A stretch of DNA of 64,000 bases from Candidatus Zhuqueibacterota bacterium (lineage in GTDB: Bacteria; Zhuqueibacterota; Zhuqueibacteria; Zhuqueibacterales; Geothermadaptataceae): NCBI GenBank assembly GCA_030950365.1, contig JAUZRQ010000023.1:3235-67234 (forward strand), given 5' to 3'. Shown one piece after another: positions 50,943 through 64,000 of this stretch. A program made the translations under genes and the position numbers. Every line of letters begins with the position of its first letter. Position 1 is the stretch's first letter. The notes below the pieces were generated by a model. That model worked only from the letters and a program-made list of their open reading frames with translations, was not told the origin of the DNA and did no database searches.

Positions 50943-51248
50943 TTATGCGACGCCTTCAAACAGCTCAATTACATCGCCTTCTTTAAGCGTAACGATGGCT
51001 TTCTTCCACGACGACCGCCGTCCGAAGGTCATACCCCGTCGTGTGTTTAGTCGTTTCCGTTTGCCCTTCACGTTGATAGTGCGCACCTTTTCGACGGTCA
51101 CGTTAAACTTTGTTTCAACGGCGTATTTGATTTCCATTTTATTGGCGTCCCGCGCGACCTCGAAGGCGTATTGATTCCTGCTTTCCTGCAGGTTCATCGC
51201 CTTTTCGGTGATCAGAGGCCGGATCAAAATGGTTTCGGGTAGTCTCAT
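50943..51248 (-). CDS. rplW: 50S ribosomal protein L23
   Basis: [12 protein letters not shown]...[23 protein letters not shown] overlap with rplD. Confidence 0.95.
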   Translation of the reverse strand: MRLPETILIRPLITEKAMNLQESRNQYAFEVARDANKMEIKYAVETKFNVTVEKVRTINVKGKRKRLNTRRGMTFGRRSSWKKAIVTLKEGDVIELFEGVA

Positions 51249-51871
51249 GCTAACACCTCTTTCAGGTTCTCGATCGCACCTTCTTGCAAGAACAGCCGCT
51301 TGCAGCGAATCAGATCATACGCCGATACGGTCGCAGCCTGCATGATGTCCACGTTGGGAATATTCCGTCCGGCGCGTAGCACCATGGCATCGTAATCCTT
51401 GAGCAGGAACAGCACCTTTTCGCCATTCACCTCGAAATTCTGCAGAATGGCCGCCATGTCACGCGTTTTACCGGATTCGATAGTGAAGTCTTCGACCACG
51501 GTTAGCCGGTTTTCTTTCAGGCGCGCAGTTAACAGCGAGCGCCGCGCCAGCTTTTTCACCTTCTTATTCACCTTTTGCGAATAGTCCCGCGGTTGCGGAC
51601 CGAACACACGGCCACCGCCCACCCACAAGGGCGAGCGGATACTACCGGCGCGCGCCACGCCGCGTCCCTTCTGCCGCCATGGCTTGCGGCCGCCGCCGCG
51701 CACTTTGGCGCGGTTCTTGGTTGCATGCGTGCCCTGCCGCCGGTTGGCCAGTTGCGCCTTGACCACCAGGTACACCGCATGCCGATGAATGGGAGCGGCA
51801 AAAATCGAATCCGGGAGATCCACTTTTTTGCCGGTCGGCTGACCGTCTATGTTATAAACCTCTACTTTCAT
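51245..51871 (-). CDS. rplD: 50S ribosomal protein L4
   Basis: 208 aa. [38 protein letters not shown]. Confidence 0.96.
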   Translation of the reverse strand: MKVEVYNIDGQPTGKKVDLPDSIFAAPIHRHAVYLVVKAQLANRRQGTHATKNRAKVRGGGRKPWRQKGRGVARAGSIRSPLWVGGGRVFGPQPRDYSQKVNKKVKKLARRSLLTARLKENRLTVVEDFTIESGKTRDMAAILQNFEVNGEKVLFLLKDYDAMVLRAGRNIPNVDIMQAATVSAYDLIRCKRLFLQEGAIENLKEVLA

Positions 51872-51878
51872 CGCTTGC

Positions 51879-52499
51879 TCACTTCGTGATATAGACTAAT
51901 CCGTTTCTTGCTCCTGGAACTGCACCCTTAACCATAAGAATATGATTTTCAACATCCACGCGCACGACCTCGAGATTGCGGACCGTCACCCGGTCGTTAC
52001 CAGTACGGCCGGCCATGCGCAAGCCTTTGAATACACGCGACGGATACGAGGCCTGCCCTACTGAGCCCGGAGCACGCCAGCGATCGCTCTGACCGTGCGT
52101 TTTGGGACCGCCGCCAAAACCATGACGCTTGACCACGCCCTGAAAACCTTTGCCTTTGCTTATGCCTGTCACTTTCACGCGATCCCCGACTTGAAAAATA
52201 TCCACCTTAATTTCCTGGCCGGGCTCGAGTTCGGCGATATTGTCAAAATTCCGAAATTCTTTCAAATAACGAAGAGGCTTCAAATTCAGTTTTTTGAACA
52301 CGCCCAGGCGGGGTTTGTTCAGTTTCCGCTCGGGAACCTCCTCGTACCCCAACTGCACCGACTCATAGCCGTTGTTTTCCTTCGTCCGGATGGCCGTCAC
52401 ATAGCAGGGGCCCGCCTGGATCACCGTCACGGGAATGCTATCTCCAGACTCAGAAAAAACGCGGGTCATGCCCAGCTTTCTTCCAATCATTCCAGCCAT
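51879..52499 (-). CDS. rplC: 50S ribosomal protein L3
   Basis: MAGMIGRKLGMTRVF... The ORF track begins at TTG 52508, three codons upstream, so the start is ambiguous between the two. Confidence 0.93.
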   Translation of the reverse strand: MAGMIGRKLGMTRVFSESGDSIPVTVIQAGPCYVTAIRTKENNGYESVQLGYEEVPERKLNKPRLGVFKKLNLKPLRYLKEFRNFDNIAELEPGQEIKVDIFQVGDRVKVTGISKGKGFQGVVKRHGFGGGPKTHGQSDRWRAPGSVGQASYPSRVFKGLRMAGRTGNDRVTVRNLEVVRVDVENHILMVKGAVPGARNGLVYITK

Positions 52500-52537
52500 G
52501 GGTTTCAAACCTATCTTGCGATTGTGTTTTACGAAAC

Positions 52538-52855
52538 TCAGGTCTTATCCACTTTAATTTCAACATCCACGCCCGCCGGCAGATCCAGCTTCATCAGCGC
52601 GTCCACCGTCTTGGAGGTCGTGTTCAAAATATCGATGAGCCGCTTGTGAATCCGGGTCTCAAACTGCTCTCGCGACTTTTTGTTCACATGCGGCGAACGC
52701 AACACGGTGTACACCGTGCGCTTCGTCGGTAGTGGAATTGGCCCAGAAATCGCCGCGCCGGTTGCTTTCGCAGTGCGAATGATTTTATCGGTCGATTTAT
52801 CGATCAATCGATGATCGTACGCCTTGAGCTTAATTCGTATTTTCTGACCAACCAC
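52538..52855 (-). CDS. rpsJ: 30S ribosomal protein S10
   Basis: (M)[23 protein letters not shown] start at 52855 with GGAG 10 nt upstream. Confidence 0.96.
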   Translation of the reverse strand: MVGQKIRIKLKAYDHRLIDKSTDKIIRTAKATGAAISGPIPLPTKRTVYTVLRSPHVNKKSREQFETRIHKRLIDILNTTSKTVDALMKLDLPAGVDVEIKVDKT

Positions 52856-52904
52856 TTGCTTTAGACTCCAATGGGTTTAAACGTCTCTCAACGATCCTTT
52901 AGCA

Positions 52905-52940
52905 TAGAGAAGCGGGGCAAAACGGCTGCCCCGCTTTTGG
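52905..52940 (-). terminator. terminator-type hairpin between tuf and rpsJ
   Basis: 9-bp GC-rich stem agcggggca / tgccccgct (52911-52934). The minus strand continues TCTCTATGC (weak U-tract). The plus strand continues TTTTGGTATTTG. Confidence 0.55.
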
Positions 52941-52948
52941 TATTTGCC

Positions 52949-54139
52949 TTATTCGATGATTTCGGTCACAATGCCGGCACCGACCGTGCGACCGCCTTCT
53001 CGAATCGCGAAGCGCAGCTCCTTCTCCATAGCGATCGGCGCAATCAGCTCGACTTCCATATTGACATTGTCGCCAGGCATCACCATCTCGACGCCTTCCG
53101 GCAGCTTCACAACGCCAGTGACGTCCGTGGTACGGAAATAGAATTGCGGACGGTAACCATTGAAGAACGGCGTGTGACGACCACCTTCGTCTTTTTTCAA
53201 CACGTACACTTCGCACTTAAACTTGGTGTGCGGCGTAATCGATCCGGGCGCTGCGATCACCATACCGCGCTCGATTTCGTCTTTATCGACCCCGCGAAGC
53301 AGCAGCCCCACGTTGTCACCGGCCACGCCTTCATCCAACAGCTTGCGGAACATCTCGACGCCGGTTACCACAGTCTTGCGGTTGGCGCCCAGACCAACAA
53401 TTTCCACTTCTTCACCGACTTTGATTTTTCCACGCTCAACTCGCCCCGTGGCCACCGTGCCACGTCCTGTAATCGAAAACACGTCTTCCACCGGCATCAG
53501 GAACGGCTTATCCACATCACGTTGCGGCGTGGGGATGTATTCATCAACGGCATCCATCAGCTCAAGAATCGGTTTGATCTTTTCGGGATCATCCGGATTG
53601 TTCAACGCTTCCAGAGCACTACCACGGATGATAGGCACCTCATCGCCCGGAAAACCGTACTCATTCAACAACTCACGGATTTCCAATTCCACCAGCTCGA
53701 GCAGCTCCGGATCATCGACCATATCCACTTTGTTCAGGAATACGACGATGTACGGCACACCGACCTGACGGGCTAGAAGGATGTGCTCACGAGTCTGAGG
53801 CATCGGGCCATCGGCCGCGCTCACCACCAAAATGGCGCCGTCCATCTGTGCTGCACCGGTAATCATGTTTTTGACGTAGTCAGCGTGCCCCGGACAGTCC
53901 ACGTGTGCATAGTGCCGCTTTTCCGTCTGGTACTCCACGTGTGCGGTTGCAATCGTAATACCCCGTTCCCGCTCTTCTGGAGCGTTATCGATTCTATCGA
54001 AAGGTACGAATTCGCTCAATCCCTGACGAGAAAGCACGCTGGTGATGGCAGCCGTCAACGTGGTCTTGCCATGGTCCACGTGACCAATCGTACCGACATT
54101 AACGTGAGGCTTGGTTCGTTCAAACTTTTGTTTAGCCAT
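52949..54139 (-). CDS. tuf: elongation factor Tu
   Basis: [33 protein letters not shown]. 396 aa. Confidence 0.99.
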   Translation of the reverse strand: MAKQKFERTKPHVNVGTIGHVDHGKTTLTAAITSVLSRQGLSEFVPFDRIDNAPEERERGITIATAHVEYQTEKRHYAHVDCPGHADYVKNMITGAAQMDGAILVVSAADGPMPQTREHILLARQVGVPYIVVFLNKVDMVDDPELLELVELEIRELLNEYGFPGDEVPIIRGSALEALNNPDDPEKIKPILELMDAVDEYIPTPQRDVDKPFLMPVEDVFSITGRGTVATGRVERGKIKVGEEVEIVGLGANRKTVVTGVEMFRKLLDEGVAGDNVGLLLRGVDKDEIERGMVIAAPGSITPHTKFKCEVYVLKKDEGGRHTPFFNGYRPQFYFRTTDVTGVVKLPEGVEMVMPGDNVNMEVELIAPIAMEKELRFAIREGGRTVGAGIVTEIIE

Positions 54140-54199
54140 CGTTCATCCTCCAGGTTATTAGAAACTTAAAATCCGAGTAAGATTGTCAAGTGGTTCGCT

Positions 54200-56299
54200 T
54201 TATTTCTCTGCTTGAACGCCTTTCACCTTCTCCATAATCGAATCTGCAATGCTTTGCGGTACTGGCTCATAATGGGAGAATTGCATGGTGTAAATCGCCC
54301 GTCCCTGAGTTATGCTACGCAGAGTAGTGGCATATCCGAACATCTCACTAAGCGGCACCGAGGCAGAAATGACCTGGGCATCTTTGCGCGGTACCATGCC
54401 GCGAATGCGACCCCTTCGGGAGTTCAAATCACCCATCACGTCACCCATGTACTCCTCAGGAACGACCACCTCTACATCCATAATTGGTTCAAGCAGAATC
54501 GGATCCGCCTTAGAGACGGCGTCTTTAAAGGCCATCGAGCCTGCGACTTTAAAGGCCATTTCCGAGGAATCCACTTCGTGATAGGAACCATCAAGCAACG
54601 TCACCTTTACGTCAATCACGGGATAACCCGCGATAACGCCATTTAGCATCGCTTCTTTAATTCCCTCAGCCACCGGATTGATGTATTCGCGCGGAATCAC
54701 ACCGCCCACGATTTTGTTCTCAAACTCAAACCCTTTGCCGGGCTCGTTCGGCTCGATTTCAATGATGCAGTGACCATACTGGCCGCGACCACCGGACTGG
54801 CGAATGAACCTGCCTTCGCCGCGCGCCTTTTTGGTGATGCTTTCTTTATAAGCCACCTGAGGCTTGCCAACGTTGGCGTGCACCTTGAATTCCCGCACGA
54901 GCCTGTCCACGATGACTTCGAGGTGCAGCTCGCCCATGCCGGAAATGATCGTCTGCCCGGTCTCCTCATCCGTGCGAATGCGGAAGGTTGGGTCCTCATC
55001 GGCCAGCTTGTTCAGCGAATCGCCCAGCTTGTCCTGATCTGCCTTGCTCTTGGGCTCGATCGCCACAGAAATCACTGGCTCAGGAAAGACCATCTGCTCG
55101 AGAATCACCTGCTTATCTTCGGCGCACAGCGTGTGGCCAGTTTTGGTGTGCTTCAGCCCCACTGCCGCGACAATATCGCCGGCGCGGGCTTCGGTGATGT
55201 CTTCCTGTTTGTTAGCCATCATGCGCAAAATACGCCCGATACGCTCGCGCTTGCCCACATTCGGGTTGTATACATACGAACCGGCCTTCAGAACGCCGGA
55301 ATAAACACGGAAGTAGGTCAACCGGCCGACGTACGGATCGGTCATGATTTTGAACGCCAGCGCCGAGAACGGCTCATCGAACGACGACTTACGCACGATC
55401 TCTTCGCCGGTTTTAGGATGATGCCCCTTGATTGCCGGGATGTCCAGCGGTGAGGGCAGATATAGGGTAATGGCATCCAGAAGACGCTGCACCCCCTTGT
55501 TTTTGAACGCCGAACCGCATAGCACAGGAACAATGCTCACATCGATGGTCGCCTTGCGGATCGCTTCGTAAATCTCTTTTTCGGTAATAGGCTCGCCCTC
55601 GAGATACTTTTCCATAAGGGTGTCATCGTACTCGCTGATGGCTTCCAATAAATTGGTGCGGTACTCGTTGGCAACGTCCTGGAGGTCGCTGGGGATATCA
55701 ATTTCTTCCCAGGTCGTGCCCAACGAGTCTTCGTGATAGATCACCGCCTTCATCTTGATCAGATCGATAAGGCCGGTGAACATATCGCCTTCGCCCATGG
55801 GGATCTGAATCGGTACGGCATTGGCCCCCAGCCGGTCCTTCATCATCTGCACGGCGTTATGAAAATCAGCGCCGACACGGTCCATTTTATTGACAAAAGC
55901 AATGCGCGGCACCTGGTATTTGTCCGCCTGACGCCAGACCGTTTCGGATTGCGGCTCCACGCCGCCGACAGCACAAAAAATGGCCACCGCACCATCCAGA
56001 ATTCGCAATGACCGCTCAACTTCGACCGTAAAGTCCACGTGACCCGGGGTATCGATAATGTTAATTCGATGATCGCGCCAGTAGCAGGTCACGGCCGCCG
56101 AGGTAATGGTGATACCGCGCTCCTTCTCCTGCTCCATCCAGTCCATGGTGGCAGCGCCTTCATGCACCTCACCCATACGATGCACTTTCCCAGTGTAGAA
56201 CAGAATCCGTTCCGTGGTCGTCGTCTTCCCGGCATCGATATGAGCCATGATGCCGATATTCCGGGTCCGTTCGAGCATTTTTAAATTGTTATTCGACAT
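54200..56299 (-). CDS. fusA: elongation factor G
   Basis: [25 protein letters not shown]. 699 aa. Confidence 0.99.
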   Translation of the reverse strand: MSNNNLKMLERTRNIGIMAHIDAGKTTTTERILFYTGKVHRMGEVHEGAATMDWMEQEKERGITITSAAVTCYWRDHRINIIDTPGHVDFTVEVERSLRILDGAVAIFCAVGGVEPQSETVWRQADKYQVPRIAFVNKMDRVGADFHNAVQMMKDRLGANAVPIQIPMGEGDMFTGLIDLIKMKAVIYHEDSLGTTWEEIDIPSDLQDVANEYRTNLLEAISEYDDTLMEKYLEGEPITEKEIYEAIRKATIDVSIVPVLCGSAFKNKGVQRLLDAITLYLPSPLDIPAIKGHHPKTGEEIVRKSSFDEPFSALAFKIMTDPYVGRLTYFRVYSGVLKAGSYVYNPNVGKRERIGRILRMMANKQEDITEARAGDIVAAVGLKHTKTGHTLCAEDKQVILEQMVFPEPVISVAIEPKSKADQDKLGDSLNKLADEDPTFRIRTDEETGQTIISGMGELHLEVIVDRLVREFKVHANVGKPQVAYKESITKKARGEGRFIRQSGGRGQYGHCIIEIEPNEPGKGFEFENKIVGGVIPREYINPVAEGIKEAMLNGVIAGYPVIDVKVTLLDGSYHEVDSSEMAFKVAGSMAFKDAVSKADPILLEPIMDVEVVVPEEYMGDVMGDLNSRRGRIRGMVPRKDAQVISASVPLSEMFGYATTLRSITQGRAIYTMQFSHYEPVPQSIADSIMEKVKGVQAEK

Positions 56300-56406
56300 A
56301 CCTCTCTATTTCCCAATGCTTGATTTCGATAGTGAATACTATTATTCCGCGTTGCCAGCCGCTACATGAAAGCAAACAACGATCCTACTGCGACAAAACG
56401 ATTCCA

Positions 56407-56448
56407 TAAAAAGGGGAAGAAACGAGAATCCAATACTGTTTCTTCCCC
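56407..56448 (-). terminator. strong rho-independent terminator between rpsG and fusA
   Basis: Minus strand reads GGGGAAGAAAC-(14-nt loop)-GTTTCTTCCCC, a perfect 11-bp stem, immediately followed by TTTTTATGG. It sits ~30 nt after the rpsG stop. Confidence 0.85.
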
Positions 56449-56476
56449 AAATTGTGATTCAAATTGAATGTAAGCC

Positions 56477-56953
<477 letters not shown>

Positions 56954-56960
56954 TCAATAC

Positions 56961-57332
56961 CTATTTTTTCAATTTCGTTCCGTATTTCGACCTGCCGTTT
57001 TTACGATCTTGCACACCGCTGGTATCATAAACACCGCGAACAATGTGATAACGAACGCCCGGCAAGTCTTTGACACGACCGCCACGAATCAGCACAATCG
57101 AGTGCTCCTGCAGATTGTGTCCCTCTCCCGGGATATAGGCGGTCACTTCATAGCCATTGGTTAAACGAACTCGGGCCACTTTTCGAAGAGCCGAATTAGG
57201 CTTTTTGGGCGTCGTTGTGTACACACGTGTACACACACCTCGGCGTTGCGGGGATCCCGTCAGCGCCGGGGAGGACGTTTTCTTTTTGACCTTCTTGCGT
57301 CCAAACCGAACAAGTTGATTTATCGTTGGCAA
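56961..57332 (-). CDS. rpsL: 30S ribosomal protein S12
   Basis: (M)[23 protein letters not shown]. The start codon is TTG at 57332, with AGGAGGAG 3 nt upstream. Confidence 0.97.
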   Translation of the reverse strand: MPTINQLVRFGRKKVKKKTSSPALTGSPQRRGVCTRVYTTTPKKPNSALRKVARVRLTNGYEVTAYIPGEGHNLQEHSIVLIRGGRVKDLPGVRYHIVRGVYDTSGVQDRKNGRSKYGTKLKK

Positions 57333-57360
57333 GACTCCTCCTTACAGGATACAGACTTAA

Positions 57361-57389
57361 ATTATAATTATTTCACTCGAAAAATGCAA
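57361..57389 (-). promoter_or_regulatory. sigma70-like promoter candidate for rpsL
   Basis: Minus strand reads TTGCAT (57389-57384), a 17-nt spacer, then TATAAT (57366-57361). The -10 element lies ~29 nt upstream of the rpsL start codon. Confidence 0.5.
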
Positions 57390-57446
57390 CATTTTTTTTA
57401 CAGTTCGTCCATTTCGTGCTTTCGCGCCGAAGCATCCTCGTGAATC

Positions 57447-60400
57447 TTATCCGGCCACTTTCTGCACGGCTTCGGCGGCGGCTTCCTCGACCTCTTCGGT
57501 TTTCTTACGCACTCGCAAACGCTTGTACCGGTTCAAACCGGTACCGGCCGGAATCAGGTTGCCCATGATGACGTTTTCTTTCAATCCAACCAGGTGATCC
57601 GTCTTTCCGGCGATCGCCGCGTCGGTCAATACCCGCGTGGTCTCTTGAAAGGATGCCGCAGAGATGAAGCTTTCGGTGGTCAGTGATGCCTTGGTAATAC
57701 CCAGCAGCAGGGGCTGGAAAGTTGCAGGCATGGCCTGCCGCGCCTCGGCTGGCTTTTTCTTGGTCTTCTTTAGCCGCTCGTTTTCCTGCTCGAACTCCTC
57801 GCGATCCACGACCTGGTCCTTCTCGAAGCTGGAGTCGCCCGGATCGGTGATGACCAATTTGTGGCGAATCTTTTCGTTTTCCTGCAGGAAACGAATCTTG
57901 TCCACCTGATCGCCGGGCAGGTACTCGGTATCGCCAGGGTCTTCGATGCGAACTTTCTGCAGCATCTGACGAACGATAACCTCAATGTGTTTATCGTTGA
58001 TGCGCACACCCTGCAGGCGGTACACCTCCTGAATTTCATTCACCAGGTACTCCTGCACCTTGTTCGGACCGAGGATGTTCAGGATATCCTGCGGCGCGAT
58101 CGAACCCTCGCACAGCTTTTCGCCGGCTTCCACGTAATCTCCGTCGTGCACCAGAATGTGCTTGCCGTAGGGGATCATGTAGGTGCGCTCGTCTTTGCCA
58201 TCGCGTGAGGTTACCGTAATGCGACGGATGCCGCGACGAATTTCGCCGAATTTCACTGTACCGTCAATTTCCGACACAATGGCCGGTTCTTTCGGCCGTC
58301 GTGCTTCGAACAGCTCAGCAACGCGGGGCAGACCACCGGTGATGTCTCGCGTCTTGGCGATCCGGCGTGGAATCTTCACCAGGATGTCGCCGGCATACAC
58401 TTTTTGGCCATCGTTCACGGCCAGGTGCGCCCGCACCGGCAACATGTAGGTGCTCAAGACATTGCCATTTTCATCCACCACATGGATCGCCGGGTTCAAG
58501 TTGCGCATTCTCGACTCGATGATCACGCGCTGTTTTAATCCGGTGGTATCATCGAGCTCTTCGCGCATGGTGATATTTTCTTTGATGTCAACGAACTTCA
58601 CATAGCCGTCGTGATTGGACACGATGCTAGCTGTGTACGGATCCCAGTTGAACAGCACCAAGCCGCGAGTAACTTTCTGACCTTCCTCGACATTGATCTT
58701 GGCGCTGTACGGGATGATAAACTGCGATAGTACCCGGTTGTTGTCGTCGATGATCTTCAGCCGGGCATTCCGACCAACGGCCACTCGCGAACCATCCGCC
58801 TGGGTCACCGCCTTCAGGTTTTCGAATTGCACGACACCTTCGTGACGCGCAGTTACCTGCGATTGTGCGGCGATCCGTGAAGCCGTACCACCGATGTGGA
58901 ACGTCCGCAAGGTTAACTGGGTTCCAGGCTCACCAATGGATTGAGCGGCCATCACGCCGACGGCTTCGCCGATATCCACCAGTTTGCCCGTGGCCAGGTT
59001 ACGGCCATAGCACTTGGCGCACACGCCGCGTTCGGCTTCGCAGGTCAGCACCGAGCGAATGTACACCGTCTCGATGCCCGCGTCGCTGATCTTGTCCGCG
59101 CGCGTCTCATCGATGAGCTCGCCGGCTTCAACGATGACATCGCCGGTCTCGGGATCATACACATCTTCCGCCGCCACCCGACCGAGGATGCGGTCCCGCA
59201 GCGGCTCGATCACTTCCTCACCCTCTTTCAGATCGCCGATGCGCAGCCCCAGAATCGTACCGCAGTCAAGCTCTGAAACGATCACATCCTGGGCCACATC
59301 GACCAGACGACGGGTGAGATAGCCTGCGTCGGCGGTTTTCAGCGCCGTATCGGCCAGCCCCTTACGGGCGCCGTGTGTGGAAATAAAATATTCCAGCACC
59401 GACAACCCTTCGCGGAAGTTTGCGGTAATCGGGTTTTCAATAATCTCGCCCATCTGACCGGTCATCTTTTTCTGCGGCTTCGCCATCAGTCCGCGCATGC
59501 CGGCGAGCTGGCGAATCTGCTCTTTGGAACCTCGAGCGCCGGAATCGGCCATCATGTAAATCGGATTAAAGCCGTCTCGGTCTTTGGCCAAACGATCAAA
59601 CATCCTTTCCGCGACTTCACTGGTGGTATGTGTCCAGATATCAATAATCTTGTTGTAGCGCTCACCATCGGTAATGATGCCGCTCTCGTACTGTTTTTGG
59701 ATCTTCTCAACTTGTTCCGTGGCCTTTTTCAGCAACTCGGGCTTTTCTTCCGGAATGATCACATCCTCGATGCCGATGGTCACGCCCGAGATCATAGCGA
59801 ATTCAAAACCGAGCTCTTTAAGCTTATCCAGGAAGAGAGCGCAGCTGTAATTGCCAAACTGACGATACACCTGGCCAACGATTTGCTCCAAACGCTTCTT
59901 GGTGAGCAGTTCGTTAATGTACGGCATGCCTTCTGGCAAAATACGGTTGAAAACGATACGGCCAACGGTGGTTTCCATCATGCCATCCGGAAACCGTACA
60001 TGAATGGATGCATTTAAACTGATACGTTTGTTGTTGTAGGCGATGATCGCTTCATCCGGATTAGCAAACCGCATACCTTCCCCTTTTTCTCCAGGACGCC
60101 GCTTGGTGATGTAGTACAACCCCAGAACGATGTCCTGGCTCGGGATGGCCAGGGGACGTCCGTTGGCAGGCGACAGGATATTGTGGCTCGACAGCATCAA
60201 TACACGAGATTCCACCTGTGCGTAGTATGATAGCGGCACATGCACTGCCATCTGATCGCCATCGAAGTCCGCATTAAACGCTGCACACACCAGCGGATGA
60301 ATTTGAATCGCCTTACCCTCCACCAAAACCGGCTGAAAGGCCTGAATGCCGAGGCGGTGCAGGGTTGGGGCGCGGTTCAACAGTACCGGATGATCGTCGA

Positions 60401-61664
60401 TAATATCTTCCAATAGATCCCAGACTTCCGGGTTGCGCTTATCAACCAGCTTTTTCGCACTCTTGACGGTCTTTACAAAGCCGTGATGCACCAATTTGCG
60501 AATAACGAACGGCTTGAACAGCTCCAACGCCATCTCCTTCGGGAGCCCGCATTCGTGCAGCTTCAACTCCGGGCCCACGACAATCACCGAGCGGCCGGAG
60601 TAATCGATACGTTTTCCGAGCAGATTCTGACGGAAACGGCCCTGCTTCCCGCGCAGCATGTCGGACAGTGATTTGAGCGGCCGGTTACCATCGCCACGCA
60701 CCGCTGCAGATTTACGGCCGTTATCAAACAGGGCATCCACGGCCTCCTGCAGCATGCGCTTTTCGTTGCGCAAAATCACTTCCGGCGCGCGGATTTCCAT
60801 CAATTTTTTTAGCCGGTTGTTGCGAATGATCACCCGGCGGTACAAGTCGTTCAAATCCGAGGTCGCAAAACGGCCACCCTCGAGAGGCACCAGCGGCCGT
60901 AGCTCCGGCGGAATCACCGGAATCACGGTCATCACCATCCACTCCGGCTTGTTGCCGCTTTTCTTAAACGCCTCCACGACCTTCAGTCGTTTGAGCGCTT
61001 CATTACGGCGCTGCTGCGAAGTCTCCTGCTTGATGACCATGCGCAGTTCTTTGGACAGCGTTTCGATATCCACGCGCTTCAACAGCTCCAGAATCGCCTC
61101 ACCGCCGATACGAGCATCAAATTTATCTTCTTCGTTCTCTTCCTCATCCGGCGGATATTCGCTCATGATGCGGAAGTACTCTTCTTCGTCGATGAGATCG
61201 CCACGCATCAAACCGCTACGGCCGGGCTGTATGACCACATACGATTCGTAATAAATAATGCGCTCTAGATTTTTCGGGCTAATGCCCAAAATATAGCCGA
61301 TTTTAGACGGTATCGATTTCCAGAACCAGATATGCACCACCGGCACGGCCAGGGTGATGTGCCCCATCCGCTCGCGACGGACACTTTTGGTGGTTACTTC
61401 CACGCCACAGCGATCGCAAACAATGCCTTTATAACGAATACGCTTGTATTTACCGCAGTGACATTCCCAATCCCGAACCGGGCCGAAAATCTTCTCGCAG
61501 AACAACCCCTCTTTTTCGGGCTTGAAGCTGCGGTAGTTGATTGTTTCCGGCTTGGTAACTTCACCATGGGAGCGTTCGAGAATTTTATCCGGTGAAGAAA
61601 GCTTGATACGAATCGCAACGATATTCCGACGGGTCGCCCCGTCCTTGGAAGTCGTAAAATTCAA
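57447..61664 (-). CDS. rpoC: DNA-directed RNA polymerase subunit beta-prime
   Basis: 1405 aa. [15 protein letters not shown] catalytic motif and a zinc-binding CHCGKY...CDRCG. The start codon is TTG at 61664, with GGAGGTGA 4 nt upstream. Confidence 0.98.
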   Translation of the reverse strand: MNFTTSKDGATRRNIVAIRIKLSSPDKILERSHGEVTKPETINYRSFKPEKEGLFCEKIFGPVRDWECHCGKYKRIRYKGIVCDRCGVEVTTKSVRRERMGHITLAVPVVHIWFWKSIPSKIGYILGISPKNLERIIYYESYVVIQPGRSGLMRGDLIDEEEYFRIMSEYPPDEEENEEDKFDARIGGEAILELLKRVDIETLSKELRMVIKQETSQQRRNEALKRLKVVEAFKKSGNKPEWMVMTVIPVIPPELRPLVPLEGGRFATSDLNDLYRRVIIRNNRLKKLMEIRAPEVILRNEKRMLQEAVDALFDNGRKSAAVRGDGNRPLKSLSDMLRGKQGRFRQNLLGKRIDYSGRSVIVVGPELKLHECGLPKEMALELFKPFVIRKLVHHGFVKTVKSAKKLVDKRNPEVWDLLEDIIDDHPVLLNRAPTLHRLGIQAFQPVLVEGKAIQIHPLVCAAFNADFDGDQMAVHVPLSYYAQVESRVLMLSSHNILSPANGRPLAIPSQDIVLGLYYITKRRPGEKGEGMRFANPDEAIIAYNNKRISLNASIHVRFPDGMMETTVGRIVFNRILPEGMPYINELLTKKRLEQIVGQVYRQFGNYSCALFLDKLKELGFEFAMISGVTIGIEDVIIPEEKPELLKKATEQVEKIQKQYESGIITDGERYNKIIDIWTHTTSEVAERMFDRLAKDRDGFNPIYMMADSGARGSKEQIRQLAGMRGLMAKPQKKMTGQMGEIIENPITANFREGLSVLEYFISTHGARKGLADTALKTADAGYLTRRLVDVAQDVIVSELDCGTILGLRIGDLKEGEEVIEPLRDRILGRVAAEDVYDPETGDVIVEAGELIDETRADKISDAGIETVYIRSVLTCEAERGVCAKCYGRNLATGKLVDIGEAVGVMAAQSIGEPGTQLTLRTFHIGGTASRIAAQSQVTARHEGVVQFENLKAVTQADGSRVAVGRNARLKIIDDNNRVLSQFIIPYSAKINVEEGQKVTRGLVLFNWDPYTASIVSNHDGYVKFVDIKENITMREELDDTTGLKQRVIIESRMRNLNPAIHVVDENGNVLSTYMLPVRAHLAVNDGQKVYAGDILVKIPRRIAKTRDITGGLPRVAELFEARRPKEPAIVSEIDGTVKFGEIRRGIRRITVTSRDGKDERTYMIPYGKHILVHDGDYVEAGEKLCEGSIAPQDILNILGPNKVQEYLVNEIQEVYRLQGVRINDKHIEVIVRQMLQKVRIEDPGDTEYLPGDQVDKIRFLQENEKIRHKLVITDPGDSSFEKDQVVDREEFEQENERLKKTKKKPAEARQAMPATFQPLLLGITKASLTTESFISAASFQETTRVLTDAAIAGKTDHLVGLKENVIMGNLIPAGTGLNRYKRLRVRKKTEEVEEAAAEAVQKVAG

Positions 61665-61728
61665 GGTCTCACCTCCAGGTTAACAATACGGCTCGACCAA
61701 AACTGCCATTTAATGAATAAAATGAGGA

Positions 61729-61745
61729 TCACCCTTGCGGGGTGA
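61729..61745 (-). promoter_or_regulatory. small hairpin between rpoB and rpoC
   Basis: Minus strand reads TCACCC-cgcaa-GGGTGA (6-bp stem), starting 3 nt after the rpoB stop and followed by TCCTCATTTTATTC. Confidence 0.3.
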
Positions 61746-61747
61746 CG

Positions 61748-64000
61748 TTACTTAAGATGGCCATTTTCTTCAATCAAATCCACATCCAGGCCCAGGCCCT
61801 GTAGCTCGCGTATCAGTACGTTGAACGATTCTGGCAGACCGGGTTCGGGCAGGTTCTCTCCTTTCACAATCGCCTCATACACCTTGCTCCGTCCGCGAAC
61901 GTCGTCCGATTTCACCGTCAGAATCTCCTGCAACGCGTGCGCAGCGCCGTAAGCCTCCAGTGCCCAGACTTCCATTTCACCGAATCGTTGACCACCGAAT
62001 TGCGCCTTTCCACCCAGAGGTTGCTGCGTGATGAGGGAGTAGGGGCCGATGGATCGCGCGTGTATCTTGTCTTCGACCAGATGGGACAGCTTCATCATAT
62101 AGATCACGCCAACCGTCACTTCTGCGTCCACTTTCTCACCTGTTCGGCCATCGATGACGGTAGTTTTGCCACTCTCAGGCAGCCCGGCTTTCCGTAGCTC
62201 TTCCTTGATCTGCTCGTGCGTCGCGCCATCGAACACCGGAGTCGCATATTTCTTGCCCAGTTTCAATCCGGCCCACCCGAGATTGGTTTCAAAAATCTGC
62301 CCCAGGTTCATACGCGAAGGCACACCTAACGGGTTGAGAACGATATCCACCGGGGTACCGTCCTCCAGAAACGGCATGTCCTCCATGGGCACGATCTTGG
62401 CCACCACGCCTTTGTTACCGTGGCGGCCGGCCATCTTGTCGCCCACCATTAACTTGCGCTTGCGCGCCACATACACCTTGGCCAATTGCACGATGCCCGG
62501 GGGCAGCTCGTCACCCACCACGATTTTGAGCTTGCGGCGCTCGAACTCTTCATCTAGAGCCTCGATCTTGTTCCGGTACGCTTCCAGAATCTCATTGGCG
62601 AGCTGATTGGCTTCCGCATTTTCAGTAAAACCCTCACTCAGATCCAGTTGATCCAGATCGAGCTCGGCGATTTTGTCTTCAGTCAATTTGGTTTTCGCCC
62701 GCACGACCACCTTGCCCATGATCAGGTCACGCAGGGTGTTTGACGGATGGTCTTGCAGAACGTATGCTAATTTTTTATTCAATAGAGTCCGGGCGCGCTG
62801 TTTCTCTTCTTCAAGCCACCTTTCCAGCGCCTCGATCTCTTTCTTATCCTGACGTTTGGTTTTGGCGTCTTTCTTCTTGCGAGAAAACAGCTTGGTATCG
62901 ACCACAATGCCGTGCAATCCCGGAGGCGCCTTCAGGCTGGCGTCCTTTACGTCGCCGGCCTTTTCGCCGAAGATCGCCTTCAAGAGCTTTTCTTCCGGCG
63001 TTGGATCGGTTTCACCCTTGGGCGTCACTTTACCGACCAGAATGTCACCGGGACGGACCTCTGCCCCCACGCGAATGATGCCGTTTTCGTCCAAATTTTT
63101 AGTCGCTTCTTCGGATACGTTCGGGATTTCGCGCGTAAGTTCTTCTTCGCCGCGTTTGGTGTCGCGCACCTGTAGCTCGAACACCTCGATATGCACCGAA
63201 GTGTACACATCGTCGCGCACCACGCGCTCGGAAATCACGATGGCATCTTCAAAATTGTATCCGCGCCAGGGCATGAACGCCACAAGCACGTTGCGGCCCA
63301 GCGCCAATTCACCGTTCTGAGTAGCACTACCGTCGGCCAGCACATCGCCCTTCTTCACGCGGTCGCCAGGACGTACAAGCGGCCGCTGGTTGATACAGGT
63401 ATCCTGATTGGAACGGGCAAATTTGATCGTCCGGTAACGACGAATGCCGTCTTCATCAAAATTCAACAACTGTTCACGGCTAAGCTTGCCATTATCCTGC
63501 TCCAAATCCTGCCGGACGACAATTTCATCGGAGGACACCTTTTCCACCACGCCATCGACATCGGAAACCAGCAGCGCACGCGAGTCGCGCGCAACTACCT
63601 TTTCCATACCAGTGCCAACGATTGGCGATTCTGGTTGCAACAGCGGCACCGCCTGGCGCTGCATGTTCGAGCCCATGAGCGCTCGGTTGGCGTCATCATG
63701 CTCGAGGAACGGGATCAACGCCGCCGCGGCGGACACCATCTGATTCGGTGACACGTCGATGTAGTGCACCTCTTTCGGCGACACCACTGGGAAGTCACCT
63801 TTGACCCGGGCTTTGACGCGCTCGTTCACGAACCGCCCGTAGCGATCCAGCGGCGCATTCGCCTGAGCGATCACGTATTTATCTTCATCGTCTGCGGTCA
63901 GGTACTCGATTTTGTTCTGCACTTTGCCGTCTTTCACGGGGCGGTACGGCGTCTCAATAAAGCCAAACTCGTTGATGCGCGCATAGGTCGTCAGCGAGGA
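61748..64000 (-). CDS. rpoB: DNA-directed RNA polymerase subunit beta, C-terminal ~750 codons (5-prime end outside the window)
   Basis: The frame is open from 64000 ([27 protein letters not shown]...). [14 protein letters not shown] and [26 protein letters not shown] motifs. The M in the ORF track at 63937 is an internal GTG. Confidence 0.98.
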   Translation of the reverse strand, partial: SSLTTYARINEFGFIETPYRPVKDGKVQNKIEYLTADDEDKYVIAQANAPLDRYGRFVNERVKARVKGDFPVVSPKEVHYIDVSPNQMVSAAAALIPFLEHDDANRALMGSNMQRQAVPLLQPESPIVGTGMEKVVARDSRALLVSDVDGVVEKVSSDEIVVRQDLEQDNGKLSREQLLNFDEDGIRRYRTIKFARSNQDTCINQRPLVRPGDRVKKGDVLADGSATQNGELALGRNVLVAFMPWRGYNFEDAIVISERVVRDDVYTSVHIEVFELQVRDTKRGEEELTREIPNVSEEATKNLDENGIIRVGAEVRPGDILVGKVTPKGETDPTPEEKLLKAIFGEKAGDVKDASLKAPPGLHGIVVDTKLFSRKKKDAKTKRQDKKEIEALERWLEEEKQRARTLLNKKLAYVLQDHPSNTLRDLIMGKVVVRAKTKLTEDKIAELDLDQLDLSEGFTENAEANQLANEILEAYRNKIEALDEEFERRKLKIVVGDELPPGIVQLAKVYVARKRKLMVGDKMAGRHGNKGVVAKIVPMEDMPFLEDGTPVDIVLNPLGVPSRMNLGQIFETNLGWAGLKLGKKYATPVFDGATHEQIKEELRKAGLPESGKTTVIDGRTGEKVDAEVTVGVIYMMKLSHLVEDKIHARSIGPYSLITQQPLGGKAQFGGQRFGEMEVWALEAYGAAHALQEILTVKSDDVRGRSKVYEAIVKGENLPEPGLPESFNVLIRELQGLGLDVDLIEENGHLK

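Overview
All recognisable genes in this 64-kb bacterial window (about 68 CDS) lie on the minus strand. Calls rest on the ORF track, my own reading of start and stop codons, and remembered family motifs; no BLAST, HMM or Rfam search was possible. The right 27 kb (37.3-64 kb) is core. It holds rpoB (5-prime end cut by the window edge) and rpoC, then the str (rpsL-rpsG-fusA-tuf), S10, spc and alpha operons in canonical order down to rplQ. rpmJ is added by hand because it is too short for the ORF track. The left 37 kb mixes housekeeping and accessory genes: a YfcE-type metallophosphoesterase; hutU-hutI translationally coupled to a lipoprotein and an outer-membrane beta-barrel; a TPR lipoprotein; a tightly packed glyA-nrdR-tatC-dcd-PHP-MBL string followed by an HD protein; a stand-alone 1374-aa SNF2 helicase; two HlyD-type adaptors plus a MacB-type permease and a TolC-like protein with no ABC ATPase; a FAH-family hydrolase; and four secreted peptidases (S8, GCPII-like M28, two tandem M14 paralogs). 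TolC, the beta-barrel and the lipoproteins indicate a diderm; I cannot assign a taxon. I saw no rRNA, tRNA, CRISPR array, transposase, integrase, reverse transcriptase or phage gene, and no convincing defence island or biosynthetic cluster. The items most worth a second look are: (1) short, exactly conserved sequence modules confined to intergenic regions, including a 279-bp tandem duplication at 0.6-1.2 kb with fragments at 12.3, 12.6 and 37.1 kb; (2) an 888-bp ORF-poor region downstream of the SNF2 gene; (3) a sharp GC break inside the SNF2 gene; (4) a sorting-signal-like tail on the S8 peptidase; (5) the ATPase-less efflux locus; (6) frequent TTG/GTG starts and strong internal terminators in the ribosomal operons. 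All are hypotheses, not demonstrated systems.
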